Positions 1-12,736 of a DNA stretch of 64,000 bases are shown here, piece by piece. The position numbers were made by a program, and so were the translations under genes. Source of the stretch: Raillietiella orientalis (taxonomy: Eukaryota); NCBI GenBank assembly GCA_036172245.1, contig JAYWIR010000039.1, positions 310,001-374,000 on the forward strand, given 5' to 3'. Under the pieces are notes generated by a model. The model was not told the DNA's origin. It saw nothing but the letters and a program-made list of their open reading frames with translations, and did no database searches. Each line of letters opens with the position of its first letter. Position 1 is the stretch's first letter.

Positions 1-632
1 CCAGGAGGATGGGTTGCTGCATCCCGGAAGTATTCTCGTCCACCTCTCCCCGTTGAGAGGTGGGACTGAGGGAGCCACCATCCCGACCGCTTAGGCACCC
101 CTTCTCCTATTTGTCGACCACTCCCTTCTTGCGCTCTCCCTCGCCTACACACCGCACTACGCCTGAGGGCGTCTGGCCGCTCAGAGGAGCTCTCTCAGGA
201 CCCGTTTCACCCGGGAAATCCGCACAGGGAGCTCGAAATCCGGGCGTGAGGTGTCTCCCAGCCAGGGATGCTGCATCCCTCGCTCAGCGGCCGGAGGGAA
301 GGTGCCTCCGGGCGATGTCCACCACGAAGTGAGCGGCAGCGCCCTCCATCGCCGCGCTCGCGGAAGACCCGTGCACGGAGGGCGGGCGCTTTCCCTGCAC
401 CCCATGTCACGACGGGGAGCGCATGGCGCCGCCGCGGGCTAACTGGATGGAAGACCGCTTCCCCGTCGGGTCAAGGCCGCCCTTTCTCTCCCTTCGGCGC
501 CGGGTCCTCCTGGTCCTGCATGGAGTGGCGGGCGCTCAGCGGTGGAACCCGCTTGGGTGGGAGGGTTCGATTCCTCCCCCTCCCCTCTTCTCCCTGAAGT
601 GGTCACGACCTCACGGTCCGCTGCCTTTCCAG

Positions 633-3600
633 TACCTGGAGCTGCGCTTCAACTTACTCACGAGGTGCGTCGCATCGGTCATCTTCGTTCTGCAGATGGT
701 GAGTACCCACGCTTGCGCACCTGCCGGAAGGGCGCGCTACTGCCTGTGTCGCTTCCAGACGATGTTCATGTCCACAGTGGTCTACGCGCCGTCCCTGGCA
801 CTCGCGCAAGGTGAGTTGCGGGATGCATGCGGAGGGGGAGAAAGGGACCGGCGGGGGGAGGAGGCGTCCTTCTACCCCCTCCACACGCCCTTCCGCGCCA
901 AGGGGTGAAGGGCGAAAGGGACACGGAGCATCCGCCTCTGCTGCGCCCACTGCTTCCGACGGCGCCGGTGATCACGACGGCGGCCTTGTGATGGCGGAGA
1001 TGGCAGTGACGACGACGACGCCGGGGCGGAGAAAACAATGATGTTGGCGACGAGGGCGGCGATTCAGATGGCGACAGTCCTGACGGGTTGGAAAGCGAGG
1101 GCAGGGATGACAATGGACTCGATCGTGGCGATGACGGACTCAATAAATATGGCGGAAGCTCCTGATCGGGGCTGCGGGGCACGAAGGTGGCAAATGAGGC
1201 CGCTGTTGCCGCCAGTGATCCCCGGTGACGGCGGTCGTGGTGCCGGGAGCCGCGAGGATGACGCCGCCCTCTCAACCGACTAACGGTCGTGACGACGACG
1301 ATGATGGTGGCGGCGAAGCCAGGGGTAACCTCAGTAGCAGCAGGAAAGGAGAGAAAGGAGCACGTATGGTCGAGGAAGGTGGAGGGGCTCGACCGAGGGT
1401 CTCTGGGTAGGCCGATCCCTCACGAACCCCACTGCCCTCGAGCAAGGAGAGTGACTGCAGAGACTCGGGTGCAGCTCCTTTCCTCTTCTTCCTCCTCCTT
1501 TCTTCTTCTTCTTTCCTTCCTCTTCCCTCTCCTCTCCACCTCTCTCGTTTCAGTCACCGGAATCAACGCGTACCTGACCTCCTCCCTGCTGTTCATCGTC
1601 TGCATCTTCTACACCACGCTGGTAAGAGAGGGGCTGATCCTCGGAGGTTCCCCGCCCACGCGCACGATGCGCCCTCCACCCTGGGGATGCCGCGAGATGC
1701 GTCGGCGACTGCTCAGTGTGGCGGGTTCCGGAATCTCTCCCGCGAGCGGATTGCGAGGGGAAACGGACCTCCTCCTTTTGGTTCCTGGCGGCGCCTCCAG
1801 CGCCGTGGCCTCCAGGCCTTCCTCCCCATCCGGGAACATTCCCCCGGCCTTCGGGAACTTCGACCAGCGGGAGAGGCGCGAGGATGCTGGAATGGAGCTC
1901 CCGGAGACACCGAGAGGAGGATCGCCACGTTTCCATCGCGCGCGGCGTGGATCCGCGACTTCTGAGACGAGCCCCGCCGGTCGCGACGGGAGCCTCGGAA
2001 GAAAGATGGGCGTCATGGCAGACAGAGGAAGAAGGGGGAAGGAAGTCCACAGCGCGTCTGCAGTACTCCTCGTCGCCGCCGCCGCCGATTAGTCATCGTT
2101 GTCTGCGGCTTCACCCCGTCTGCAGCGGTCATCTGGAATGAGTCCTCCACAAATCCTTCCGGACGTCTTCGGAAGGCGGCGGAGAGAGCGACGGTCGCCC
2201 AGCGTGCGCGCGGACGGCTCGAGGGGCGGAGCCACCTGTCTTTGCCCCCGGCGCGGTCGACTGGGCCGATCGGCTCGACGCTTGCCCCCAGAGGGAGAGG
2301 AGGAACCCCGCGCGCCTGCTGCAGTCGAATTCCCCATCCCCTTTCTTTTCCTTTCTTCCCCAGGGAGGGATGAAGGCCGTGATGTGGACTGACGTCCTGC
2401 AGGTGCTCGTGATGTTCACATCCTTGTTCGTGGTGTACTTGAAGGGCCTTAGCGACGAGGGCGGGCTGTCGAGGGTGTGGAGCGTGTCGAAGGACGGACA
2501 GCGCATCGAGTTCGACGAGTGAGTAGGGCGTGGAGGAGGGAGGACTGCCCCCCTCAGCGAAAGAGAGCGCGTCTCACGGTTCTGCAGCTTTAGTCCGAAC
2601 CCTCTGGTGAGGCACACCTTTTTCTCCATGGTGCTAGGAGGCTCGCTGAACTGGCTTGCCGTCTATGGGGTCAACCAGTCGCAGGTCCAGCGCTACCTGT
2701 CTGTTCCTTCCATACGGCACGTAAGGAGGTGAGAGGTGAACGGGTGGGGCCCGAAGACGTCGTTGATGGGGCGGAAGGGAGGCGAAGGGGGAGAAAGGGG
2801 CTCTCCTTCGGTCCCAGGGCAGCGGAAGAGACGGCGGACGGAGAGGCAAAGAATTGGGGGCGCGTAGGCAACATGGGGAGAGTAGCTAGAAAGGGACAGA
2901 CCTTGGTGGCAGCAGGGGACAAGGCACATGGGGACGAGGTGGGGTGGAAGGGCGCGCGGTTTCACGAGGGTCACTGGAGAGGTCAATCCCGCGCAAGTCC
3001 CATCGCTCTAGAGCGAGGGCAGCTGCCACGGGAACGGCGGTGCAGCTCTCCGCGGCGCCCTCTGTGGAAATGGCAGGGGAGGGTCAAGGTGGGCTCGCTG
3101 GTCCCCGGAAGAATGGCCAGGCATGGAAGGTGCGCTTGCAGGGCTCTCTTCGTCAACATGTTCGCACTGGTCCTGTTGGTGGGAGTCAGCTGCTTCGGTG
3201 GGCTGATCATCTATTCCAAATACCTTCACTGCGACCCTATCCAGTCCAAGATGGTGTCTTCTCCTGACCAGCTGCTGCCCTTCTACGTGGCGGACATCTT
3301 CAGAGGCTACCACGGAGTGCTAGGCATCTTCGTGGCCGGCATCTTCAGCGGCTCTCTCAGGTACTCCGGTGAGGCGTCCCCCATGCTCAACAGCCTTGAT
3401 TCGGCGTCCACTTCACCCTCTTCTTTTTTTCCCGTTCCAGCTCCGTTTCTACTGGACTTAATTCTCTGGCGGCAGTGACTCTGGAAGACTTCCTGAAGAG
3501 ATTCTTCCTGAAGGACCTGTCACAGAAAACGGCTGGGTCCATTACGAAGCTCCTCACCTTCATCTTCGGCGTCATCTCTTTCGGGTTTGTCTTCCTGGCG

Positions 3601-5696
3601 GCCGCTCTGGGAGACCTCCTGCAGGTAAGGAGACCGTTCCTGAGGCCCCGCTCGGTGGAGATCGACCACCCGCCCGCGGGAGCGGCAACATCAGGCACCC
3701 TGAGCGCCGCACGATCGCGAAGGCTCGCCAAGAGGCGGTCAGAGAGGAGCAGCGCTACTTGGTCTCCGGACCTCTGGCATGCGGAGCGCAGCAGACGGGA
3801 CACACTCGGCCCGAACCTGTCTAGCCTCCGCCTTTGCTCTACCAGAAGAGGTCGTCTCGAAAAGCAGCCACCGGACAAGCTCGTCCGCGGGAAAGGAAAG
3901 CAGAAATTCGCAGTTCTCTGATCCCTCCAGCCGACTCCTCTCCCTCTGAAAAAAGTTCCAAGTGCGTCGTCGCTGCGGTCTCGTGAAAAGACAATCCGCC
4001 CATCTTCTCACGCTTCCTGCCTCCTGCCTCCCTCCCTTCCTCCTCCTCCTTTTCCCCTTCCTCCTCTTCCTCGAATACCCTTTGCATCTTGGTACACTTT
4101 CTTGAGTCTATTTGGGGGGCAGCACTCTGAAGGGATGGATTCCACTTCGGGGAAGGGCGTCCTTGAGACACTTTGGGAAGTGACCCTCTCGTATGAGTCC
4201 TTGCTCCTTTTCTCGAGCTATTACTGGAACCTCGCTTAGTTTCCTAGCTGCGCGTGCGCGGCGGCGGTGGAGGTTCTGTCCAGCTCCTGTCCAGGCTCCC
4301 TGGAGCAGAAGACAAAAGCTGAAGAATTCCTTCCCACCCTCTCTTCCCTTTGGAGTCCGCTCCCAATGAGAAAGGAGTCGAAGAATTCGTTCCTCGGGAG
4401 AGATCCTGAAAACCTCAGACCCTAACGTTTCTTCCCGCTCCCGTTAAGCTAATTCGGTCGCAGGACTGGTTGCGAGAACAATCCCAGTCGAGGGCCATTG
4501 CTTCGGGCTCAAGCTCCCTTTCGCTGAGCTGCTGCGAGACTTCTGTCCTTCGAGAACTGCTCAAGCGCGGTCGTGCCGGAGTTCCGGCGCAGACTACCGG
4601 ATGAGACACCCGGGTGTCGAGGGGCAGGGAGGCTGGGCAAACCGGGACTAGGCCGGCCCTCTCATTCGCCCACCGTCGTTAAGCAGAGGCGCGTTTTTCA
4701 AGCAGCCTGCCGCGCGCCCCCGTTGCTCCTCCACTCTGCCTCCACCCGTTGCACGTGCCTTCTATCTGACCGCGCGCGCGGAGCACCGCACGGAAGGGCC
4801 ATCCTCCCGCTTCCCGACTGGAAGCCGCTCACGCGTGCGTTTCCAGGCTACGCTCACCATCCTGGCCATATCCGGAGGACCTCTTCTGGGAACCTTCACG
4901 CTGGGCATCTTCTTCCCGTTCGTCAACTCGCTGGTAGGATGAATGGGGATGGAAAAAATGGCAGCCACGGGATGCCTCTCCGCCTCTGCTTCTCGGCAGG
5001 GCGCCTCGGTGGGGATGATCGTCTCGCTGTTCTTCGGCGCGTGGATCGGGGTCGGGGCGTTCACCAGCAACGTCACCAAGACGAGGAAACCCTACTCGAT
5101 GGATGCCTGCCCGTTCAACAGCACGTCTCTCGAAGCCGTCGCAGCCGCTGTCCAGTAAGAACTCTTCCTCCTCCTCCTCTCTTCCTCCTCTTCTTCTCTC
5201 TGACCCTATCGAACTCCCCCACCCGCTAGTACTTGTCCTAGTCCCTTATTCTCCTTCACCGCCACCGGTATCTTCCAGAGACGACGTCCCTGCGCTGTAC
5301 AGGGTGTCGTACATGTGGTATTCCCCGATCACCACGATGATAACCATCGCGATCGGCGTCGTCGTCAGTCTGTTCACCAGGAGGTATGACCCGATTCCCG
5401 TCGATAAGGAGCTGATGTTTCGCAAGTCCGACCTGATGTTCGTGGACGAAGACTCTAAGAAGATCCCGAAAGAGGTGAGAGCGCGCGTTCTGCGAGTGGG
5501 GCAGTGCCGCCTCTTCCGATGCCGGGAGTTAACTCTCCTGAGTTTTCCTGAGCTCCCCGTGAGCGTTCTTTGCGATGGATGGCGAGCGCTCTGCAGCTCT
5601 GTTGGACGCGCCATCTGCGGACGGAGACAGCGCACCCTCACGAGGCAGAGAAGGAATCTGCAGAGTCGTTGGGAGTCAGATTACAGGAACTTGTGA
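633..5696 (+). CDS. Sodium:solute symporter, SLC5 family (SLC5A6/A8/A12-like); 5' exons lie upstream of the window
   Basis: GT-AG exons at 633-698, 759-810, 1554-1621, 2364-2518, 2588-2728, 3142-3360, 3441-3624, 4847-4933, 5000-5154, 5279-5474 and ~5553-5696 splice in frame. They give SSF motifs YLELRF, VYAPSLAL, GGMKAVMWTDVLQ, YGVNQSQVQRYLS, DQLLPFYV, GIFSGSLSSVSTGLNSLAAV, GGPLLGTFTLG and YRVSYMWY. The last exon boundary is uncertain. Confidence 0.93.
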
Positions 5697-6546
5697 CAAG
5701 TGTACAAAATGTACGCTGCCTTGCAGCAATTCTCCACTTTCCAGCGTCTCGTGCTCCTCTTCCCTTAACGCGCAGCAGCGATCGATGGATCCCGAAAAAA
5801 GGGTTTCCTTGCGGTTGTTCTCGCACTTCCCGCTGGCTTTTGATGTGGGCTGTGCAGTGCCACCCGGAAGATTATTTTGGGTTGGCTGCCAGCCGCTCAG
5901 CGAAAATCGAGAGCAGGCCTTCCCATCCGGCAAAGGAGCGCCCAAGATGCACACACCTCTCCTCCTCCTCCTCCTCCTCCTCCTTCATTCCTGTTCGTCG
6001 TCGTCCGCCCTCCCCTTCGCAGGCGGGGCTGCTCGACGAAGCCTGCTGCCTACTCGACATCCACTTCCGTCCGAGGGAAGCTGAGTTCGGCCACCACTCC
6101 TACCAGACCTCGCGTGGGACCTGATGTGCCCGGTGCCGGATCCAGGTGCAAACGGAAGAAGGGAGACCGCGCGAGCCTGGAGCGAGTGGGCGCAGCAGAA
6201 CCAAAGGTACACCAAAATCGAGTGCCGCTCTGTTGCTGTTGTGCTTTCCTGGCATATCAGGTGGACCCGATATGCCACCAAAGCACTACGGGATCCGGAA
6301 CCTGCGATCTGATGTGTGAAAGATGGCGCGGGCATCGAAATACAGGAGCCATGCAAGCTGGTCTCCCTAGCTGCATGCTGCACGTTGGCAGAGGATTCCC
6401 AGAGATGTGTTGCCTTGTCTTTGTGTGTTTTGTGTGTTTCTTTGTTTAGGTTGTTTGCATGTCAACACCAGTGCCATTTAATTCATCGGCTGTTACGTGC
6501 AAACATCGTGCCTCGTTACATTGCATTTAATTCATTCAATTCATTC

Positions 6547-6683
6547 ATTTCTCCGTTAACAATGAAGTTTTTCCAACAATGAAGTTTTTCTAACAATGAA
6601 AAATCTCCCAACATTGGATTTTCTTCAACAATGAAGTCACCTTAACAATGGAGAGTGACTCGTATTCATTGTTAACGAGAAAT
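6547..6683. repeat. Small foldback/MITE-like element with ~19-bp inverted ends and internal 17-18 bp tandem units
   Basis: ATTTCTCCGTTAACAATGAA at 6547 versus TTCATTGTTAACGAGAAAT ending at 6683; about six AACAATGAAG-like units in between. Confidence 0.6.
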
Positions 6684-7899
6684 CACCGTCTACCCGTCTA
6701 TTTCCGCTCCGAGCTAATTTCGGCGTCTTCACTCACGTGACCACATTTTCCGGTCCTCCCTTTCGGTCCCCCGCCACTTGTACTGGCGGAGGATGAGGAG
6801 GGATCTGTTACTCACCTGCGGACCATCTTGAAACAAAGTCTGAAGCAACATTCCCTCATGTCCCATCGGAGTGCTCCGTGCCCTCCTGAAGCCCCACAAA
6901 AGCCGAGGATGCTTCCGGTTAGGGACGTCACGCCCTGGTCGCCCAGTCAGACCCCTGGCTGGCAGCACACAGCCTCTTTGCCTCTCTTTCTCGCGTTCCC
7001 TCGTTTGCCGCTGCTGCGTTCTCGTTTCTTCCTCTCCTGGTTCGATCTCTTCACCCACTGCTCAGTTCTTAAGCTGGGTCATTCCTCAGCCCCTCCACCC
7101 TCACCAGTGAACTTTCGTGTGCACTCGCGCTCACAATCTCTTGGACCAGTCTCACGCAGCTTCAGAGTACTTCCCGGTTCGCTCCCTGGAGCCTTTTCAT
7201 CGCTACAAGAATTCTGTTCCTTGCTTGCTCAAAAGTTATGGAATACATGGGTTTCCTTCACGCTTCCGCTTCTGAGAAGACCTCACTCTGGGTTCAGAGT
7301 CCTGCTTTCCTGACATTCTTCCGAAGTGGCACCTCCGGAAATGCCACCGGTGTCTATTGGGTCTCGTCTCCCCATCTTCCCACGCTCCCATTCGATGTCT
7401 GCCAGCTTGAAAAAAAAAAAAAGAAAAAGAAAGCGTCCTCATTTTCTTTTCCTTTGCCACCGAGAAGAAGCAGTGTAGGTTCAATTCCGGCACACCTGTC
7501 ACAGAGGAGGCATTCGGTCGTCTAGCCGAAAAAAAAAGACGTTGAAATTGCTCTCGGAACACAGCGCCAGTCCCTCCGTCCAGTTCGCACCGGCCTTCTG
7601 GGAGAAAACGGCAGCGTGGGCTCAGCAAAGAGTTGCCATTTTTTCTCTCTCTCCCTCCAGAACTCTGAATTCTCCTTCACGTCCCATCCTTCGGGTGCAG
7701 AGCTCCTGCCTCTGCCCGAGAAGAACAGAATATACTGACTGGCCTCGAAGACCACGTCGGGAGAGAGGGAAAGTGTTTTCCGCCAAGACGGGAAAGGAGT
7801 TGACATCGAAAAGGAGTAGGTCTCCGGCTTTCCACTCGTGACGTAGGTCAACTGCGTCAGAGGGAAATGCTAGTCGACAAAGAAAAGGAACCGACAAGC

Positions 7900-9600
7900 A
7901 ATAAAATGCAATTCTGATTGTCTGGGACGAATCGCTTTCGTTTTCACTTTCCTCAGAGCACCTCCATCGAATGGCTTTCGAAGTTTCTAGAGGCTTCCTT
8001 TATAGAGGAAAATTCTCGGATCCCAAAATGCCTCCCCAGAGGAGAGGGGGAAATTGGAGGGGAAGCGGAAGCTTTTACTGAAGCGTTCATCTTCTTCAGC
8101 GATCAGAGACCTTCGGCGCTCCTGCTATTAGAAGAGCACTGCTACAGCAGGCACTCATGCGACCCTGTGGTGCTCCTTCTCACCCTGTTGTGCTGCTACC
8201 GTGCAGCCCAGGACCGACGTGGAGTGCGTGTCTTTCTGCGCGACGCGGGAAGCCGAAAGGATTGACATGGGAGTCCATTAGTCCGAAGCCTCTTCTCCTT
8301 CCTCCGGGCACCGGGAAGGACAGGGACCAGCTCGAGCAAAGCGGATACTGAAGAAGCTCCTGTAGGGAGGGGTCTTACCACGAATGAGGCTGAAAGACAT
8401 CTGTGCCCCTAAGAGGGACGCAGGCTTGGGCATCAACACTTTAAACGTCCTTGAGACCGAGCTCTTATTCCGCTGGTTGCTCGTCTGCATTCCTCACTGG
8501 AGCGAGCAATGGTGCCGGCCAATCAAGGCACGCTATTGGCGGCCAAGGACTGGCCTCATTGTGAACCAGTAGCCTAATCAGGGACCCTGGCTTCCGTCTC
8601 GCGCAGTTATTCAAGCTTCTGAGGAGCTGCAATTGGACCACCTGCAGGCCTCTGAACCTCAAGACCTGGGGACAGAATCCCTAAACACGTGGCTCCTTCT
8701 AAAGGGAACAAGCAGCAATCTCAATCACTTCCCCAGATCTCGTATGAGGAGACAACTACATGATGCTTTCTACTCCGATGCTGGGTCAGTCAGACTGCGG
8801 TACACTCCGCGAGCCGACTTCTGGAGCCATTTTCGAGGAAGGATGACTGATAATCAGGAAGCAGCGTAGGACATACGCTGTCAGCTTGACGACCAAGAAG
8901 TTCCCTTCCTGTTACAGAAGGGCTAGCCCGGTGGTCACTCTGTTGGATCTAAGCGAGCCGAACTTCTGTGTCCCTCCTCAGTGTGCGGACGCAACGCTTT
9001 CACTGACCCCCGCAACGACACTTTCCTCTTCCTACACTGGGACCTCCACTATAAAGCCAGGAGAGCCCATGAAACGGCCTTCTTCACCCTGTGGACGCTG
9101 AGGCGAAAAGGAGACCATGGCGCACACGGATAAAGGAATTCCCGGGAGTGCGGCTCGTATGGCAACAGTTGGCACAGGCTAATTTCTCCTCCCCTCTGGC
9201 AGTGCCGTTGATAGACTACGGCGGATCTTTCAATGGGCTCTAGAGCCCTGCGGTGATATTATGTATCATCCGCGGAATAGTGCTCTCAAAGATCTTCGAG
9301 CTGCAACGCAGGAAGCTTTCGGCGTGGAGCTTTGCTCTCCCTCTGCTCTGCAATTCTCTGCGACGGTCATCGCTCTACCTTGCAATCAGGCTGGAAGTTG
9401 CAAGAATCCTACGTCGCATCTAGGCTTGTGATCCCAATCTCTCCCTCCTTCCCCTCCCGCCCATCCGGATTACAGCCCACGCAAGTAGGACGTCTTTTAA
9501 GTTTGCTGCTTATACTGCCCCTACCAGACTATTCACAATTGTACTGTGTGTTTGTTTTCTTTAATCTAATTTTCTGTAATAAACGGCCCGGCGCAACCGA
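7900..9600 (+). mobile_element. Decayed L1/Tx1-like LINE, 3' part of ORF2 plus 3' end (not inverted)
   Basis: ICAPKRDAGLG (GGLG-like motif) then WRPRTGLIV, then a degenerate zinc-finger region near 9090, ending in AATAAACGGCCCGG at 9578. Many stops and frameshifts. Confidence 0.65.
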
Positions 9601-9799
9601 ATTCAAAGAAGAACAGATACCAGCTCGACATCCAGTAAATCTTTCGGGCAAGAAAGCGCCGACCGAGAAGACAGACGTTTCGCCCTTATGCTCGGCTGCG
9701 GAGGGAAAGCTCGGGAAAGGTGTGCCCCACGGCGTCTTCCACAACCAGTTCCAAGAACCAAGTCGAGAGCCCCCGGCCAGCTAGAGGCGGCCACACTCG

Positions 9800-10750
9800 C
9801 GAGAAGCGCGGCTCGGTGCGCTTGAAGCGATCTTCCAGATGAAGGACTAGGGACAGCATCGCTGATGTGTTCGTTCTCTGATCAGAAAGATGGAGTTTCT
9901 GCTCCCGTGTGCTTCCATGTCGATAATCTGGGAGCTTCCAGGATCCCTTGCAGGAGAGACCTGTGCAGCTCCGATAGGCAGGGGGAAGCCATTCTAATTG
10001 ACTTGATCCTGAGCGCGCCGTCCAAGTGGAACGAGCTGCTCCCCACTGTGCAGCTCCCATAAGCAAGGGGGAGACATTCTAATTGACTTGATCCTGAGCG
10101 CGCCGTCCAAGTGAAACGAGCTGCTCTGTCGGAATCCGAGGAGCTGCTCCTCGATTGAGTTGCAGGGATACTTCGAGGACGATCCCGTTCCCAAGGCAAC
10201 TTGACTTTGGCGTTTCCTCGTCGGAAATTCCCTGGTCGTCTGGCGAAACGCCAGCGCTCGTTCTTCATCCTGAAGAGGTGCTGGCCCTGTCGTGATGCAC
10301 TGACATGACGCAATCCCTGAATTCGAGGTGATGTAAAAGTCCACTGGCGTGTCTCTGCTCCTGGAATCCGGTCAAGGGGATCAGTTGGTAGCGAAGTCTG
10401 ATAGCGGAGGCACGATGTCCGAAAGCAGAGAAAATGTTCATGCGTTGCTTCTAGTGATGCCCTCGGCTGCGAATAAAGATGTCCATCCTCCTTGGCGACA
10501 GTTGTCTCCACGCATCCGATAAGGGTAGTCGGCGAGATGGAGCTTCGCTTTTGACTGAAGAATCGACTATTTGCGTCAACACCAGAGTGACCAACCAAAC
10601 CTCCGGCGGACTGGAGAGATCGACAGGGTTGGGTGCTGTCCGTCTTTGCAATCCTTCTGGAGCCTCTTCGTCTCCTGATGAGGCTGCCATCCACTGCGCT
10701 CATCCAGCACGAGTCCTGGAAGTGATTCGTGCACGAGAACGCTGTTTTTC
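9800..10750 (-). mobile_element. Decayed LINE ORF2 fragment (possible EN-RT linker and RT start)
   Basis: Weak resemblance to RT QxGF...DQxKAFD segments on the minus strand; heavily frameshifted. Confidence 0.35.
9961..10126. repeat. Tandem duplication, 85-bp period, two copies
   Basis: CTGTGCAGCTCC...CATTCTAATTGACTTGATCCTGAGCGCGCCGTCCAAGTG-AACGAGCTGCTC starts at both 9961 and 10046. Confidence 0.92.
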
Positions 10751-10888
10751 TCTCGTCCGCCTATGGATCGCGAACTCCGTACCTGCCGTGCCCTGAGAGA
10801 GTCGCTCCTCTAGCGGCGGAACGGGGAACCGATAGCCGCGCTTCCTCGTCTTCTCCAGGGTCGCGCTTCCGGAAGACTCGTGGGGTGC

Positions 10889-11630
10889 CACCCGGTGACG
10901 CCGGAGCGTCTATGTTATAACTACTTCTATGCGTTTGTGGTACAAGGCCCCACAACGGCCAACACATCATGCGACCTGCCGGGTCGCCGGTACGCAGACC
11001 GACTGGGCTCTCCTCGGCAGCGGAGGGGGATGGGAAAAAAACACAAAGAAAAATAAAACGAAAATTGAAAAACGAAACACTTTGGAGGGCCGGGAAGGGA
11101 TTACTGTCCGCTGGGGAGAGGGCCCATCCTTTGCAGGATGCCGTCGAGGTCCATCCGCGTATGCTTCCCAGGTGGGGCCATCCGGTCGCAATCCGCAGGA
11201 AGCGAACTGCAAGTTCGATGGCTTCCCTTTCGTTGTTTCCTCCGCTGGGTCGCTCCACGCTGCCAGGGCTGCGGCTGGACTGAGGGCGTCCCGCACGAAG
11301 AGAAGACTGTAAACGTCCCTGGGGTTGCCAACATCCGGTATCCAGAGGGCCGTTCCAAGACGATCCCAAAGAATCCGGAGGGCAGGGCAGTCAACTAGGA
11401 GGTGAGGGAGGGACTCCCGCGGCCATGCTGCTGGCGCAGGTCGTGGGGAAGAGCATTTCGAGCGCGAGGACTAATCTGGAACGGACGCTCGTTCAGTTGG
11501 GGATGGAGGTTGGCGCGAGTCCTCCTCGGCGCCGGCTGCCCAGTGGCGCGGCCGCTCTCGGGGCACGCGGAAGGAAAGCCATGCCAGCAAGGGACGTTAG
11601 GGGGAGCAGTGCTCGCGGACCGGGTTCGAA
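10889..11630 (-). mobile_element. LINE copy A: ORF2 C-terminus and 3' UTR on minus, with an inverted upstream segment (~11422-11630, plus)
   Basis: Minus strand RESLPHLLVDC ... RFLRIATGWPHLG, T-rich UTR and terminal hairpin at 10889-10910. Plus strand WRLARVLLGAGCP segment. Confidence 0.8.
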
Positions 11631-11649
11631 ACCCTGAAGGATCGAAATC

Positions 11650-12735
11650 CCAAAACGTCATAAAAAAATGAATACACATGCACTGAATTATGTATGTTCA
11701 CATACACATGTACGTATCGTAACTAATGTGCAAACTCATTCCAGCACACACACTTACTGAAATTCGTTAACATACATGTTATTGATCTAATTAACAATAT
11801 GTATTAATGTGTTTCTAATACATATATTTAAGACTATGAAAGAACACATAGATATGCTTATTCGGTGCTGATCAAAATACCGAACGATCTTATTCCATAT
11901 ATTGATAAACATAATTAATTCATGAATTATTGTATAGATTAATATATATTATAAAGATTAGGAAAATCAATACATGTGCTTATTTTGTATTTAATATACA
12001 TATAATATATTCATATACACATATTCCTGTATAGATTAATATGCAAATTTATTTTAACATATATATTTATTAATATTGATTAACATGCATGTTATTAATG
12101 TCATTTATATGTTTATTATTGCATTTATACAGTTACTGATGTATAGATAGATGTATATTAAAAGATTATAAAAAATTAGTGCATGCGTTTCTTATATGTA
12201 TTAGTATGCATATGAATACATAAATAAATATATAGATTAATATCTGTATTCTAAAGATTATAAAAAATAAATATGTACGCCTTTTATGTATACAGATCTA
12301 TGTGTTTTTATACACATTAGTATACAAATCTATTTTAACGCACGTATTTATTGATATAATTGATAATATGCATTGACATATATGTAAAATACTATACAAA
12401 TAAATGAAAAAATACATATGTCTGTGTTCACATTTATGTATATTTATATAGTCAACACATGGGAAATGAATGCATAAATATCGAATTACAAAATGTATAT
12501 TCACCACACGATCCCGAAAAAGTCCCGAAAGTCCCAGAAAAAGAATGCGACGGTTGCACTTTTTGAACACTTTTAAGAATGATGCGAAAGGAAATACCAA
12601 ATTTCCTGTTTTTTTTTTTTTTTAATTCGTTCGCTTTTTTCATTTCTTCCACTGTTTCTGTCGTCATCATTTTTTACACGTTCTTGATTTCTAGTTTTTG
12701 CACAGATTAGTATACAAATCTATTTTTACGCACGA
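11650..12735. repeat. AT-rich degenerate minisatellite-like island inside the GC domain
   Basis: Recurrent TAGATTAATAT..TAAAGATTA units near 11934, 12143 and 12232; a ~40-bp direct repeat containing ATTAGTATACAAATCTATTTT-ACGCACG near 12316 and 12705. Confidence 0.6.
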
Positions 12736-12736
12736 C

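Noticed and set aside
811..2363. Two consecutive SLC5 introns of 743 and 742 nt
   Set aside because: No sequence similarity seen between them; treated as coincidence.
6556..6655. Short repeats with variable spacers, superficially CRISPR-like
   Set aside because: Period is only 17-18 bp, eukaryotic context, no cas genes.
11620..11636. B-box-like GGTTCGAAACC
   Set aside because: No A-box or cloverleaf nearby; insufficient for a tRNA or SINE call.
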